Positions 34,858-43,134 of a stretch of 64,000 nucleotides of DNA are shown here, one piece after another. Position 1 is the first letter of the stretch. Every line of letters starts with the position of its first letter. The notes under the pieces were generated by a model. It was not told where the DNA came from. It saw nothing but the letters and a program-made list of their open reading frames with translations, and did not search any database. The translations under genes and the position numbers were made by a program. This stretch comes from Escherichia coli (GTDB taxonomy: Bacteria > Pseudomonadota > Gammaproteobacteria > Enterobacterales > Enterobacteriaceae), in the NCBI RefSeq assembly GCF_965641715.1, contig NZ_OZ282453.1. One strand, written 5' to 3'.

Positions 34858-35136
34858 ATGAAGAAACACACTTTGACCCGTATTTCAGAAGAAGCCTTTC
34901 ACGAGCTTACCCGAATTAAACAGACAACTAACCTCCCTCATCAAACTGTTATGCAGCTTGCAATTGCTAAAGAGGTTACTGAGTCGGATTTACTGAAATA
35001 TCCAGTCTCTAAAGGTCGTAAGCACATCCGAATTACTCAGGACGCTTTAGATACTTTGAAGGCACTTAACAACTTTAAAATTGATATCGCCCGACTATTG
35101 AGTATTAAGATTCACAAGTTAGCAATGGGGGTTTAA
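34858..35136 (+). CDS. hypothetical protein, 92 aa (possible ribbon-helix-helix DNA binder)
   Basis: ATG abuts the upstream TAA. The N-terminal KKHTLTRISEEAFHEL pattern looks RHH-like (weak). Confidence 0.55.
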   Translation: MKKHTLTRISEEAFHELTRIKQTTNLPHQTVMQLAIAKEVTESDLLKYPVSKGRKHIRITQDALDTLKALNNFKIDIARLLSIKIHKLAMGV

Positions 35137-35351
35137 TGCTATGCGTTACCTTTGAATACCACACGGATAAAATGATTCGCTACATCTCCGACCTCCTGAT
35201 TGAAGGAAACGGATTCGGTGACATCCATAACTCAAAAGATATTTTCATTAAAGCCATTGGCCCAAATGAAGTACTGAAAACAGCAGTTAAACCGGAATGG
35301 TTTGAGCGTCACAAGATTGAATTAGGTTATTGGGGTGAGGAGGTTTTATGA
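35136..35351 (+). CDS. hypothetical protein, 71 aa
   Basis: TAATG overlap with the upstream gene. Confidence 0.55.
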   Translation: MLCVTFEYHTDKMIRYISDLLIEGNGFGDIHNSKDIFIKAIGPNEVLKTAVKPEWFERHKIELGYWGEEVL

Positions 35352-35635
35352 AACCTTGGCATGAAGATGTTAGACGATATTTTACAGAACACCTTATCTA
35401 TGATGAATCCAGTGATTCCCTGTGCTGGTCTGATGGAGAGTCAGTCACGATAAACACCGACGACTACGGCAACAAAACATTTAATATAGGCCGATATACT
35501 TTCTACGTGAAATATGTTGTCTGGTTCCTTTATCATGGCTATCAATCCAACAAGCAAATTATCCATCGAAATGGTAACAGAGCCGATACCAGACCAAAAA
35601 ATCTTATGCAAGTCCGAGACTTTAAGAGAAATTAG
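35348..35635 (+). CDS. small HNH-type endonuclease-like protein, 95 aa
   Basis: ATGA overlap with the upstream gene. YVVWFLYHGY...IHRNGNRADTRPKNL resembles the HNH_3 motif (H-x-N-G-N..DNR..NL). Confidence 0.65.
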   Translation: MKPWHEDVRRYFTEHLIYDESSDSLCWSDGESVTINTDDYGNKTFNIGRYTFYVKYVVWFLYHGYQSNKQIIHRNGNRADTRPKNLMQVRDFKRN

Positions 35636-35642
35636 AAAAACA

Positions 35643-35755
35643 GCTTCTCAGACGCTCTCAATCGCATTCTAACGCAAAAAACTATCTTATTTTAGGGTGG
35701 GTAATACCACTGTACAGGCTACCCCTGAAAAAGACTGTTTAGCTCGTTACAGAGC
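35643..35755. repeat. inverted-repeat arm X (partner 31973-32085)
   Basis: See arm Y. Lies in the 156-bp gap between the HNH gene and the next ORF. Confidence 0.75.
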
Positions 35756-35791
35756 GATTGAGGAGGTCTGGTAAAAAGGAGATTTTAAGAA

Positions 35792-36121
35792 ATGAGAGAA
35801 TTAAACTTCCCACTACAGATTTTTATTGATACCGACACCGCCATGATGATTCAGGCTTTCACTGATGTAGGTGTTAGCATTGACTTTGATAAGTTGTTAG
35901 AGTTAATGACTGATAATGCGGAAAGCATCTCTGACTTTATTCAGTCGGTGGAGTTTAACGAGCCTCGAATGATGCTACCAATTAAAGACAGCAACATGAA
36001 AAGATTGGTTATCGAGCAAACGAACAAATTCAGCGTTAGCCCTGAAAAATATCTCAAGGCGGCTATAGCAATTTTGTACGCTGACAATATTTTGGTGACG
36101 GATTCGAAGGTGGTGCATTAA
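35792..36121 (+). CDS. hypothetical acidic protein, 109 aa
   Basis: AAGGAG lies 8 nt upstream of the ATG. Confidence 0.6.
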   Translation: MRELNFPLQIFIDTDTAMMIQAFTDVGVSIDFDKLLELMTDNAESISDFIQSVEFNEPRMMLPIKDSNMKRLVIEQTNKFSVSPEKYLKAAIAILYADNILVTDSKVVH

Positions 36122-36186
36122 TGGAATTGGTGATTATCTGTTTTGTATTGATTGGTATGATTGCAGGTGCATCTATTAAAGTATAA
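36121..36186 (+). CDS. 21-aa hydrophobic peptide MELVIICFVLIGMIAGASIKV
   Basis: TAATG overlap with the upstream stop (translational coupling). Single TM-like stretch. Below the ORF-track size cutoff. Confidence 0.4.
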   Translation: MELVIICFVLIGMIAGASIKV

Positions 36187-36211
36187 ATGTTACCAATCTG
36201 TTAAAAATCTG

Positions 36212-36240
36212 TTGACAAATAACCTTGAGCATGACATAAT
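36212..36240 (+). promoter_or_regulatory. island promoter P2 (sigma70-type)
   Basis: TTGACA-17 nt-CATAAT, preceded by TGTTAAAAAT and followed by TGTATATA. Confidence 0.65.
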
Positions 36241-36246
36241 TGTATA

Positions 36247-36503
36247 TATATGAGGATAGTCTTCTATCCGAAGTCTATAGGGAGAGCAATTCTCCTTGAA
36301 TTAAAATATTAATCATCTCTACATCAATGATAACTATATTCTGAGTTGGTGAGGTATGTTCTATACCGAACATTCTGAAAGGTGCAATGCTTTTCGTCAT
36401 GGCCTTTCAGTTTAGTCTGAGAGGCTATCTCAAAAAGTGCTTAATCATTCATTCATTGAATCCTTTACAGCTTTGCCCTAATCATGAGTTAGGGCGTTTC
36501 TTT
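36247..36503 (+). ncRNA. putative ~255-nt leader/short RNA from P2 to the first terminator
   Basis: No ORF of 60 aa or more. Hairpins GGATAG-tctt-CTATCC, GGAGA-gcaat-TCTCC and CTGAAAGG (36375-36382) / CCTTTCAG (36403-36410). Ends at an intrinsic terminator. Confidence 0.3.
36475..36503 (+). terminator. intrinsic terminator in the P2 leader
   Basis: GCCCTAA-tcatgag-TTAGGGC followed by GTTTCTTT. Confidence 0.7.
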
Positions 36504-36573
36504 AAGAGTTTTAAGCAGAGCTTTTAAAGAAAGTTTTTCCTGAAACTTCGTTAACGTTATAAAGCAAACCTTC

Positions 36574-36610
36574 AAAGCCCTTCACAGATTCAATGTTTAG
36601 GGCTTTTCTT
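36574..36610 (+). terminator. second hairpin/terminator in the P2 leader
   Basis: AAAGCCCT / AGGGCTTT 8-bp stem. The 17-nt loop contains CTTCACAGATT. Followed by TCTT. Confidence 0.45.
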
Positions 36611-36707
36611 AATAGAGCATCTTTAATAAATCGTTAAGTCATCTTCTAAGTGTATTGGCGTTGAAGGTGCTCTGTTAAGAAATAAACCACACTTAGAGGA
36701 AGTTATA

Positions 36708-37418
36708 ATGACAAACGATTTATATATTAACGGTAAAAAGGTTGATAGCTTCGGTGACTGGTCGCCACAGACTGAACATCCAGCTATCACTATTCAGCGC
36801 AAAGAACACGATGAAAGAATTGCACTTGAGCAAGAAATCCGAATGTCACCAAAGGTAATTTCCTTTGTGGCTCCTGAGCCTCAAGATATGCCGGATATTT
36901 GCAAAACTGAAGCATTGCTTGAGCTTGAAAAGAAATTTTACCCAGCTTTAAAAGCACAGCGTCTTAAACTAGATGACGCTTACAGTAAAGTTACCCTGAT
37001 GCAATCAGCTATTGAGCCATCAGAATTTGAGATTCAGGATGAATTGTCACAGAAACCATTTGTCTATTACCAATATGAAGACAATGATGGTTTTGGTACT
37101 TTTCCTGAGAATATCCCAGACGTGATTAATAATCCGATGGATGGATATCGAATTGTGAAGATGGTTAAGGCATCAAGAGGTGCTGGTCAGTTTATTTACA
37201 TGACTAATAAGAGCGATGAAGAACTCGCTGAACTTGCTAGACAGAACATCTTGGCATCACGTAACAAGCAGCTTGATAATGTTAAGTTGTATCTCTCAAG
37301 AGAGCTTCAGGCTATGAAAGACCTTGTGAAAGAATATGAAGATGCTAAGAAGATTGCTATGCAAGCCGATATTGAGCAGTTAGTGAAGATTTCTAGCAAA
37401 TATGCAAAGGCTATTTAA
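36708..37418 (+). CDS. hypothetical acidic/coiled-coil protein, 236 aa
   Basis: AGAGGAAG upstream. It sits where tail assembly chaperones sit in siphophage gene order, but I saw no sequence motif supporting that role. Confidence 0.6.
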   Translation: MTNDLYINGKKVDSFGDWSPQTEHPAITIQRKEHDERIALEQEIRMSPKVISFVAPEPQDMPDICKTEALLELEKKFYPALKAQRLKLDDAYSKVTLMQSAIEPSEFEIQDELSQKPFVYYQYEDNDGFGTFPENIPDVINNPMDGYRIVKMVKASRGAGQFIYMTNKSDEELAELARQNILASRNKQLDNVKLYLSRELQAMKDLVKEYEDAKKIAMQADIEQLVKISSKYAKAI

Positions 37419-37437
37419 TTATGATGTGAGGTGAAGA

Positions 37438-37653
37438 ATGATTGATTTAACTGAACGCTATGAAGTTATTAAGTCTGTTTGTGAGAACTTAAAGCTTCAG
37501 ACTAAACCAAAGCTACGAATTAAAAATCAGCATCAAGTTATCACCTCACACAAACCAAAGGTTAGAAGGATTCCTTCATGGTGTATTGACCGTGTTCCTG
37601 CTGATGCTCAATTAATTGGTGAGTCTGGTTCTTACACTTATATCCTTCATTAA
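37438..37653 (+). CDS. hypothetical basic protein, 71 aa
   Basis: GAGGTGAAG upstream. Confidence 0.5.
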   Translation: MIDLTERYEVIKSVCENLKLQTKPKLRIKNQHQVITSHKPKVRRIPSWCIDRVPADAQLIGESGSYTYILH

Positions 37654-37660
37654 AAATTAC

Positions 37661-37704
37661 AAAGGGGAGAGATTAGCCTTAATTGGTTAGTCTTTCCCTT
37701 TTTC
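37661..37704 (+). terminator. imperfect hairpin + T-run upstream of the tape-measure gene
   Basis: aaaggggagaga ... tctttccctttttcg, with a bulged stem. Confidence 0.4.
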
Positions 37705-37734
37705 GTATATGAACACTTAAGAGGTGAAACATGA

Positions 37735-39864
37735 ATGGCACAGTTTAAAGTTGATAGTTTTATCGTTGAGCTAGGCTTCAGCGAGAACGTTATTAAGGGC
37801 TTGCAAAGAGTTGAAAAGGCAGCTTTGCAGTCAGCACAAAGAATTGAGCGTAATTTGAATAGAGCGTTTAAGGTCGATACCAAGCAACTTGACAGCAATT
37901 TAACGGCTTCTTTGAAGTCAATGGAAGGAAAAATTAATAAGACCTTTGACCGTCTGGAAGCTAGAGCAAAAAATACTAAAGCTTTCCAGTTTACCACCAG
38001 ATTTAATGACACTGTTAATCCTCCAAAACAACCGAGACAGCCACGAATTAGCGGCAACAGAGCAATCACAGCAGCTTACTCAGCGAATATGAGCAAGTTA
38101 AAGGGCTTTGACCCTATTTTGCAGAAATACATCAAATCTCAGTTTTACGGGCTATCTGCTAAAGCTGGGTCAATGGATAACACCAAGTTTAATGAAGCCC
38201 TTGCTAAACTAAATTCAAGTGTAAGAGAAGCAATTGCTAAAGCTAAAGGTCATACATCCACCAGCATTAACGGTGACAGAGCAGCTAATAGTCTTGATAA
38301 CCTGTCTTCAGCGGCGGTTAAAACAGCAGGTGCATTTATCTCAATGCAGGCTGTATTAGCCAGTTATCAGAAGATTATGGAGGTTGGTTTACAGCGTGCA
38401 AGTGCTGAGCGTTCAATTGATTTCGTATTTGATAAAGATGCAGGTCAGGTAAAAGAGTTCACAAAGTCATTAGCTCAAACAACGGGTTTAGATATCGCTG
38501 AACTGCAATCACAGTTTGCTGGTTTCGGTGCTTCAGCTAAAGAGTCTATGGGTATTCAAGGTTCTGAAGAGCTTTTTAGAAATATGATTGGCTATGCTCG
38601 TTTAATGGGTCGAAGTGAAGAAGAGATTAAGCGAGCACTGACAGCATTATCACAGATGGCTGGTAAGGGTCAGGTTATGGCTGAAGAGCTTAAGGGGCAA
38701 CTAGCTGAAGCTGTTCCTGGTATGGTTCAGGTATTCGCTAAAGCAACCGGAAAGAGTGAACAGGAATTATTTGATGCCATGAAGAAGGGGGCTTTAAAAT
38801 CTGCCGATACTCTTCAGAAGGTCACTCAGGAACTGAATAGACAAATCACCGCTAAAGGTGGCTGGAAAGCTATTTCAGAAAGTACACAGGCACAACTAGG
38901 GAACTTGAAAAACTCTTGGAATACCACGCTTGACAGTATTTTCAGAGGTTCTGAAGATGGTTTACAGGACTTCACAAGAAGCTTAACCAATCTTCTAAAC
39001 GCTCTTGGTGGAACTGGTAAAACATTAGGTGAAAGTTTTGGTAGCTTGATGAGCGATATGTCACATGGTATCGATTCATTGACTGATATCTCTTACAGGG
39101 TACGAGGTTTCTTTGATGAGGTGACATTAGCTTACCGTTCACTAAATGACACTCAGAAAAAAATTGTTGATGGTTTATCTGATGGGTTAATTGATGGTTT
39201 GAAAATGCTTGCCGTAGCTGTTACTGCTCAAAAGGCTGCAAATGTAGCTGGAGGCTTGTTAAACCTTGCAAACGCTGTTACTTCATTCGGTGACGCTGTT
39301 AATAAAGCTAAAGCTGGCAAGGCTGGTTCTTCAGGTGGTGCGCTAAGTAAAGTCGGTAGAGTTGTCCTTTATGCTGAGTTGGTAAACTTTGCTCTTGATA
39401 ATTTAAACCCTGAAGCAGCTAAGAATCCGAACTTACATCAATCAGGTATTGGAACAGAGACAAACTTCAACCCTGAATACAAAGGCGATTCTACACCAAA
39501 CCAAATTAATGATGGATGGGCTAAGATTGGTAGTTCTATCGCTGACTGGTTTAATGGTGCGGCTAATAAAATTGCTAACTTCCAAGAGCCAATGAGTAAC
39601 CTTGTTAATAACACACAATCAACTCCACCAGCTATTACAGGTGACATGGTTAATAGCAATGCTCAACTTGCAATGGCTATTAGTGAACTATCACGTAAGG
39701 TTGATGCTTTAACAGCAGAATCTAAGAAGCCCTTGTCACTTAATATCAAAGGTGAAGCAATTGTTAGACCGGATGAACCAGCTTTCTTTACTTTCAATCA
39801 ATCAGCTAATGACCAGTTCACGCAGGATATGCTCTTAAGTTCAAGCTATCCAGAGGAAGAATGA
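37735..39864 (+). CDS. phage tail tape-measure protein, 709 aa
   Basis: GAGGTG lies 8 nt upstream. LSQMAGKGQVMAEELKGQLAEAVPGMVQVFAKATGKSEQELFDAMKKGALKSADTL matches the conserved tape-measure N-terminal domain pattern. Long Ala/Gly/Ser-rich helical protein. Confidence 0.8.
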   Translation: MAQFKVDSFIVELGFSENVIKGLQRVEKAALQSAQRIERNLNRAFKVDTKQLDSNLTASLKSMEGKINKTFDRLEARAKNTKAFQFTTRFNDTVNPPKQPRQPRISGNRAITAAYSANMSKLKGFDPILQKYIKSQFYGLSAKAGSMDNTKFNEALAKLNSSVREAIAKAKGHTSTSINGDRAANSLDNLSSAAVKTAGAFISMQAVLASYQKIMEVGLQRASAERSIDFVFDKDAGQVKEFTKSLAQTTGLDIAELQSQFAGFGASAKESMGIQGSEELFRNMIGYARLMGRSEEEIKRALTALSQMAGKGQVMAEELKGQLAEAVPGMVQVFAKATGKSEQELFDAMKKGALKSADTLQKVTQELNRQITAKGGWKAISESTQAQLGNLKNSWNTTLDSIFRGSEDGLQDFTRSLTNLLNALGGTGKTLGESFGSLMSDMSHGIDSLTDISYRVRGFFDEVTLAYRSLNDTQKKIVDGLSDGLIDGLKMLAVAVTAQKAANVAGGLLNLANAVTSFGDAVNKAKAGKAGSSGGALSKVGRVVLYAELVNFALDNLNPEAAKNPNLHQSGIGTETNFNPEYKGDSTPNQINDGWAKIGSSIADWFNGAANKIANFQEPMSNLVNNTQSTPPAITGDMVNSNAQLAMAISELSRKVDALTAESKKPLSLNIKGEAIVRPDEPAFFTFNQSANDQFTQDMLLSSSYPEEE

Positions 39865-40020
39865 TTTAACGGTGTTCTACGTGAATAAAGCAAAGTTAAT
39901 ACCCACACCAAAAATTATTTTTCACGTAGCTCACGCTTAACAGAGAAAATACATATATATCAAAGGCTTGGTTAAAAATGATTAAAATACACTAAGCCTT
40001 TGAAATCAAAGGAGAATTTA

Positions 40021-40794
40021 ATGATTTTTAGCAATCAAATCCGCTACAGTGGCAAAGATGGCATCTATTTCCACTTAAGAGATAATGTAGATGCCTTCTT
40101 AACCTTATCAGCAACTGAAAACATGGAATTTGACAGTCCTATGCAGGTGACTACACAGAACATGCAATCAGGGCAAACCGTCACAGATAATGTGCAAAGA
40201 GCACCCAGAACAATCACTATTAGTGGTGTCGTTGTAGTTGGCTATGAAGGAAGCTTATTATTAACTCGTCAGGGTCAATTAGTAGAAAACTTCATTGACA
40301 CTCTTGAAAGCTGGAGAGACCAGAAACAAATTATTTCAGTGATTTGTAAAGATGGTATCAAGATTGATGACTCAATTATTACCAACTTTAAAGCCTCTAA
40401 AGATGTTACTATCTCTAACGGTCTTCGTATCCAGCTAACTTTTCAGGAAATTAACTTCAAAGCCATTGTAGGGCAAACTGATGTTTCAGCAGCTACTGGC
40501 AAAACTGCTACCACTAATGATGGTGGTGCTACCAGTAAAAAGAATGCGGGTAACGTGACTACTGAACGCAATAACGCACCTATGTTGATGTGTCAGGAAC
40601 TGTATAGCTACTCAGCATCTGAGCTATCTGATGAAGCGCTAAGGGTCCGTAGCAATTGCTCTAAAAATGTCACGGTGAAAGATGGTGTAAGCACCTTCAC
40701 AGCCTCAGCTAATGAGCAGGCTTCAAAAGTGCTTAAGTCGGGTAATGCTTTACGGAAGTTTAGTGTGAATCCGAATAAGAAGGGCACTTATTGA
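40021..40794 (+). CDS. putative tail-tip/distal-tail-like protein, 257 aa
   Basis: GGAG lies 6 nt upstream of ATG 40021. Sits directly after the TMP. The assignment rests on position only. Confidence 0.45.
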   Translation: MIFSNQIRYSGKDGIYFHLRDNVDAFLTLSATENMEFDSPMQVTTQNMQSGQTVTDNVQRAPRTITISGVVVVGYEGSLLLTRQGQLVENFIDTLESWRDQKQIISVICKDGIKIDDSIITNFKASKDVTISNGLRIQLTFQEINFKAIVGQTDVSAATGKTATTNDGGATSKKNAGNVTTERNNAPMLMCQELYSYSASELSDEALRVRSNCSKNVTVKDGVSTFTASANEQASKVLKSGNALRKFSVNPNKKGTY

Positions 40795-40811
40795 TTGGTA
40801 ACAATACCAAT
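40794..40811. terminator. hairpin between the convergent tail gene and int
   Basis: ATTGGTA-acaa-TACCAAT. These are the same arms as the outer stem of unit U3. Confidence 0.45.
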
Positions 40812-40813
40812 TC

Positions 40814-42457
40814 CTAAGCGTCCACCTCTTCCATATCACCAGCAGGATAAATCCTTGTTACTGGTTCACCAAAAATAAGCATATCATCTAGTGACTGCAT
40901 CTCATCGGTTGCTTCTTCAAGCGTTAAGGTGTGGTCATCTTTACCATCAAGAGGGAAACCACGAATCATATTTCCATTGTGAAGATATATATCCACCAGC
41001 TTTTCATTACCAGAAACAACAATCTCTTTCACCAGACGCTTAATGATAATCTGGGCTTCAGTTCTCCCCTCTACAGACTCCATATCAAGACCGCTTAAAT
41101 CCAAGCTTGATACAGATTTTACCCTCGCCTTTTCTCGTGATAACTGAACTATCAGTTCATCTTTTTCTTCCTGCTTAACCCGTAGTGCTTCCTGAATCTG
41201 AGTGATGTTAGGAAGCTGTATCAGCGTCTCAGTAAGTTTTTCAAGTTCACTATCAACGGTGTTTAGTCTGCGTTGTAGCTCATCCAATTTAGCTGTGTCA
41301 GTAGCTTCATCGTGTAGCTGTGATAGTTTGCTGAACAGACGACTACAAAGCTGTGTATCAAGTAACTTTCTGGACACTGTACCGTAGCTACAACGGGACT
41401 CCTTATTACCATTGCAACGGTAAGTACCTTGATAAACGGGTTTACGTATCCCTGTAGGAGTCATTACAAGCCCACACTTACAACGGATAAGCCCCTTCAG
41501 TATGTTCACATATAGCCAGTGTTCACCGCTGGATGTTTTCCCCTTCCCTGTTTCCTCTAACAGTTGCTGTACAGCGTAAAACTTAGAGTCTGTGACAATC
41601 TGAGGATAGAACCCTTCAATTTCTTCACGTAACACTGTTTTACGGTCTTCTGTAGAAATCTTAGCGGGAAGGTAACCTAATACACTTCGTGAAGTCAGGA
41701 TGTGTTTAACGCTTAATGCTGACCAGTTGCCATCCGGTTTCTTAGTCTTGGATATTCTGACCTTACGCTGATTAATGGTCGGGTAACCTTGTTCGTTTAG
41801 CCATTTACAGATAGCAAACATCGACATACCAGAAAGACGCTTGTCATAGATGATATTCACCAGTGACGCTTTATCTTCATCAACGATGTAGTGTGAACCG
41901 TCTTCTGATAGCTCTAACCATCCGGGGGCTTGCTTACCCATAGGCTTCTTAAGTTCTCTTGCAAGCTGTGTTTTATGGTTCCAGACCTGAGCTATACGCT
42001 TTTGCTTAACAAGAGATTCCTGATGTGCTCTCTCAGCTATGATGATGTGCTTAATCAACTTCACAGGGTCTGTTAATGCTGATTTGTCGTAGAGTTCACC
42101 ATCTCCCAGAGTCAGTATAGAGACTCCTTTCCTCAGTATCTGCCTGACATCATCTATAGCTGTGTCGATATCAGCCCTACTGAAGCGGTCAAAGTTCTCT
42201 ACAACAATCAGGGAACCTTCTGGAATAGCCCCAGACATAACATTTTCAAACATACGTCTGAAGTCAGAACCTTGAGCCTTATGTTGCTGGTGAAAACCAG
42301 ATTTACCCTTATCAACGTATCTGTGAGCAGGAAGAAGGTAATAATCGTTTTTGTGCTTAGAGTAGAAAGCATCAATGAGGTTTGTTTGCCGTCTTAAGGA
42401 GTCTCCTGAGTCTTGCTCTTTAGTACTCCACCTGATGTATGTCACTAGCAGCTTCAT
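40814..42457 (-). CDS. large serine recombinase (integrase), 547 aa
   Basis: N-terminal resolvase catalytic domain ([28 protein letters not shown]). Recombinase domain. Cys-rich zinc ribbon (CKCG...YRCNG...C). Coiled-coil. Terminal position 75 bp from attR. Confidence 0.88.
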   Translation of the reverse strand: MKLLVTYIRWSTKEQDSGDSLRRQTNLIDAFYSKHKNDYYLLPAHRYVDKGKSGFHQQHKAQGSDFRRMFENVMSGAIPEGSLIVVENFDRFSRADIDTAIDDVRQILRKGVSILTLGDGELYDKSALTDPVKLIKHIIIAERAHQESLVKQKRIAQVWNHKTQLARELKKPMGKQAPGWLELSEDGSHYIVDEDKASLVNIIYDKRLSGMSMFAICKWLNEQGYPTINQRKVRISKTKKPDGNWSALSVKHILTSRSVLGYLPAKISTEDRKTVLREEIEGFYPQIVTDSKFYAVQQLLEETGKGKTSSGEHWLYVNILKGLIRCKCGLVMTPTGIRKPVYQGTYRCNGNKESRCSYGTVSRKLLDTQLCSRLFSKLSQLHDEATDTAKLDELQRRLNTVDSELEKLTETLIQLPNITQIQEALRVKQEEKDELIVQLSREKARVKSVSSLDLSGLDMESVEGRTEAQIIIKRLVKEIVVSGNEKLVDIYLHNGNMIRGFPLDGKDDHTLTLEEATDEMQSLDDMLIFGEPVTRIYPAGDMEEVDA

Positions 42458-42508
42458 ATCTTCGGACTATGCTTATCTAAGTGGTTCATTGAACAGGAGA
42501 ACAATGAT

Positions 42509-43114
42509 ATGAGTGTTAAGGCAAGAATACTAGTGCTTTATTATTCCATGTACGGACATATTGAAACGATGGCACGCGCAGTCGCTGAGGGTGCAAGCAA
42601 AGTGGATGGCGCTGAAGTTGTCGTTAAGCGTGTACCGGAAACCATGCCGCCGCAATTATTTGAAAAAGCAGGCGGTAAAACGCAAACTGCACCGGTTGCA
42701 ACCCCACAAGAACTGGCCGATTACGACGCCATTATTTTTGGTACACCTACCCGCTTTGGCAACATGTCCGGTCAAATGCGTACCTTCCTCGACCAGACGG
42801 GCGGCCTGTGGGCTTCCGGCGCACTATACGGAAAACTGGCGAGCGTCTTTAGTTCCACCGGTACTGGCGGCGGTCAGGAACAAACCATCACATCCACCTG
42901 GACGACCCTTGCGCATCACGGCATGGTGATTGTCCCCATTGGCTACGCAGCGCAGGAATTATTTGACGTTTCACAGGTTCGCGGCGGTACGCCGTACGGC
43001 GCAACCACCATCGCAGGCGGTGACGGCTCACGCCAGCCAAGCCAGGAAGAACTGTCTATTGCTCGTTATCAAGGGGAATATGTCGCAGGTCTGGCAGTTA
43101 AACTTAACGGCTAA
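42509..43114 (+). CDS. wrbA: NAD(P)H:quinone oxidoreductase WrbA, hybrid allele with an island-encoded N-terminus
   Basis: 201 aa. [17 protein letters not shown]... against remembered native [14 protein letters not shown].... AGGAG at 42495-42499. The remainder matches WrbA. Confidence 0.92.
42513..42554. other. attR of the wrbA island (proposed crossover GT at 42533-42534)
   Basis: Island-to-wrbA transition. See attL. Confidence 0.7.
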
Positions 43115-43134
43115 TCTTCAACAGGAGGATACGC

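Larger units (their letters stand above)
30986..42534. mobile_element. 11,549-bp integrative island in wrbA (serine-recombinase element; candidate phage satellite or prophage remnant)
   Basis: Split wrbA on both sides. Terminal large serine recombinase. Sampled 60-nt lines give 33-38% G+C, against 57% in a rutG line. Phage-type genes (TMP, HNH, phage Dam). Confidence 0.85.

Noticed and set aside
36250-36312. 20-codon ORF (MRIVFYPKSIGRAILLELKY) starting about 3 nt after the predicted P2 start site, and a 19-codon ORF at 36357
   Set aside because: The first would have to be leaderless and the second has poor SD spacing. Both overlap predicted hairpins. I treated the region as RNA/leader instead.
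37650-38069. 139-aa minus-strand ORF in the island
   Set aside because: It is antisense to the tape-measure gene start, which has a clear RBS and a conserved domain. Likewise 39438-39659.
30986-42534. Stx or lambdoid prophage, because wrbA is a classic Stx-phage attachment locus
   Set aside because: It is only 11.5 kb. I recognised no stx, Q, CI/Cro, lysis or capsid genes. The integrase is a serine recombinase, not a tyrosine recombinase.
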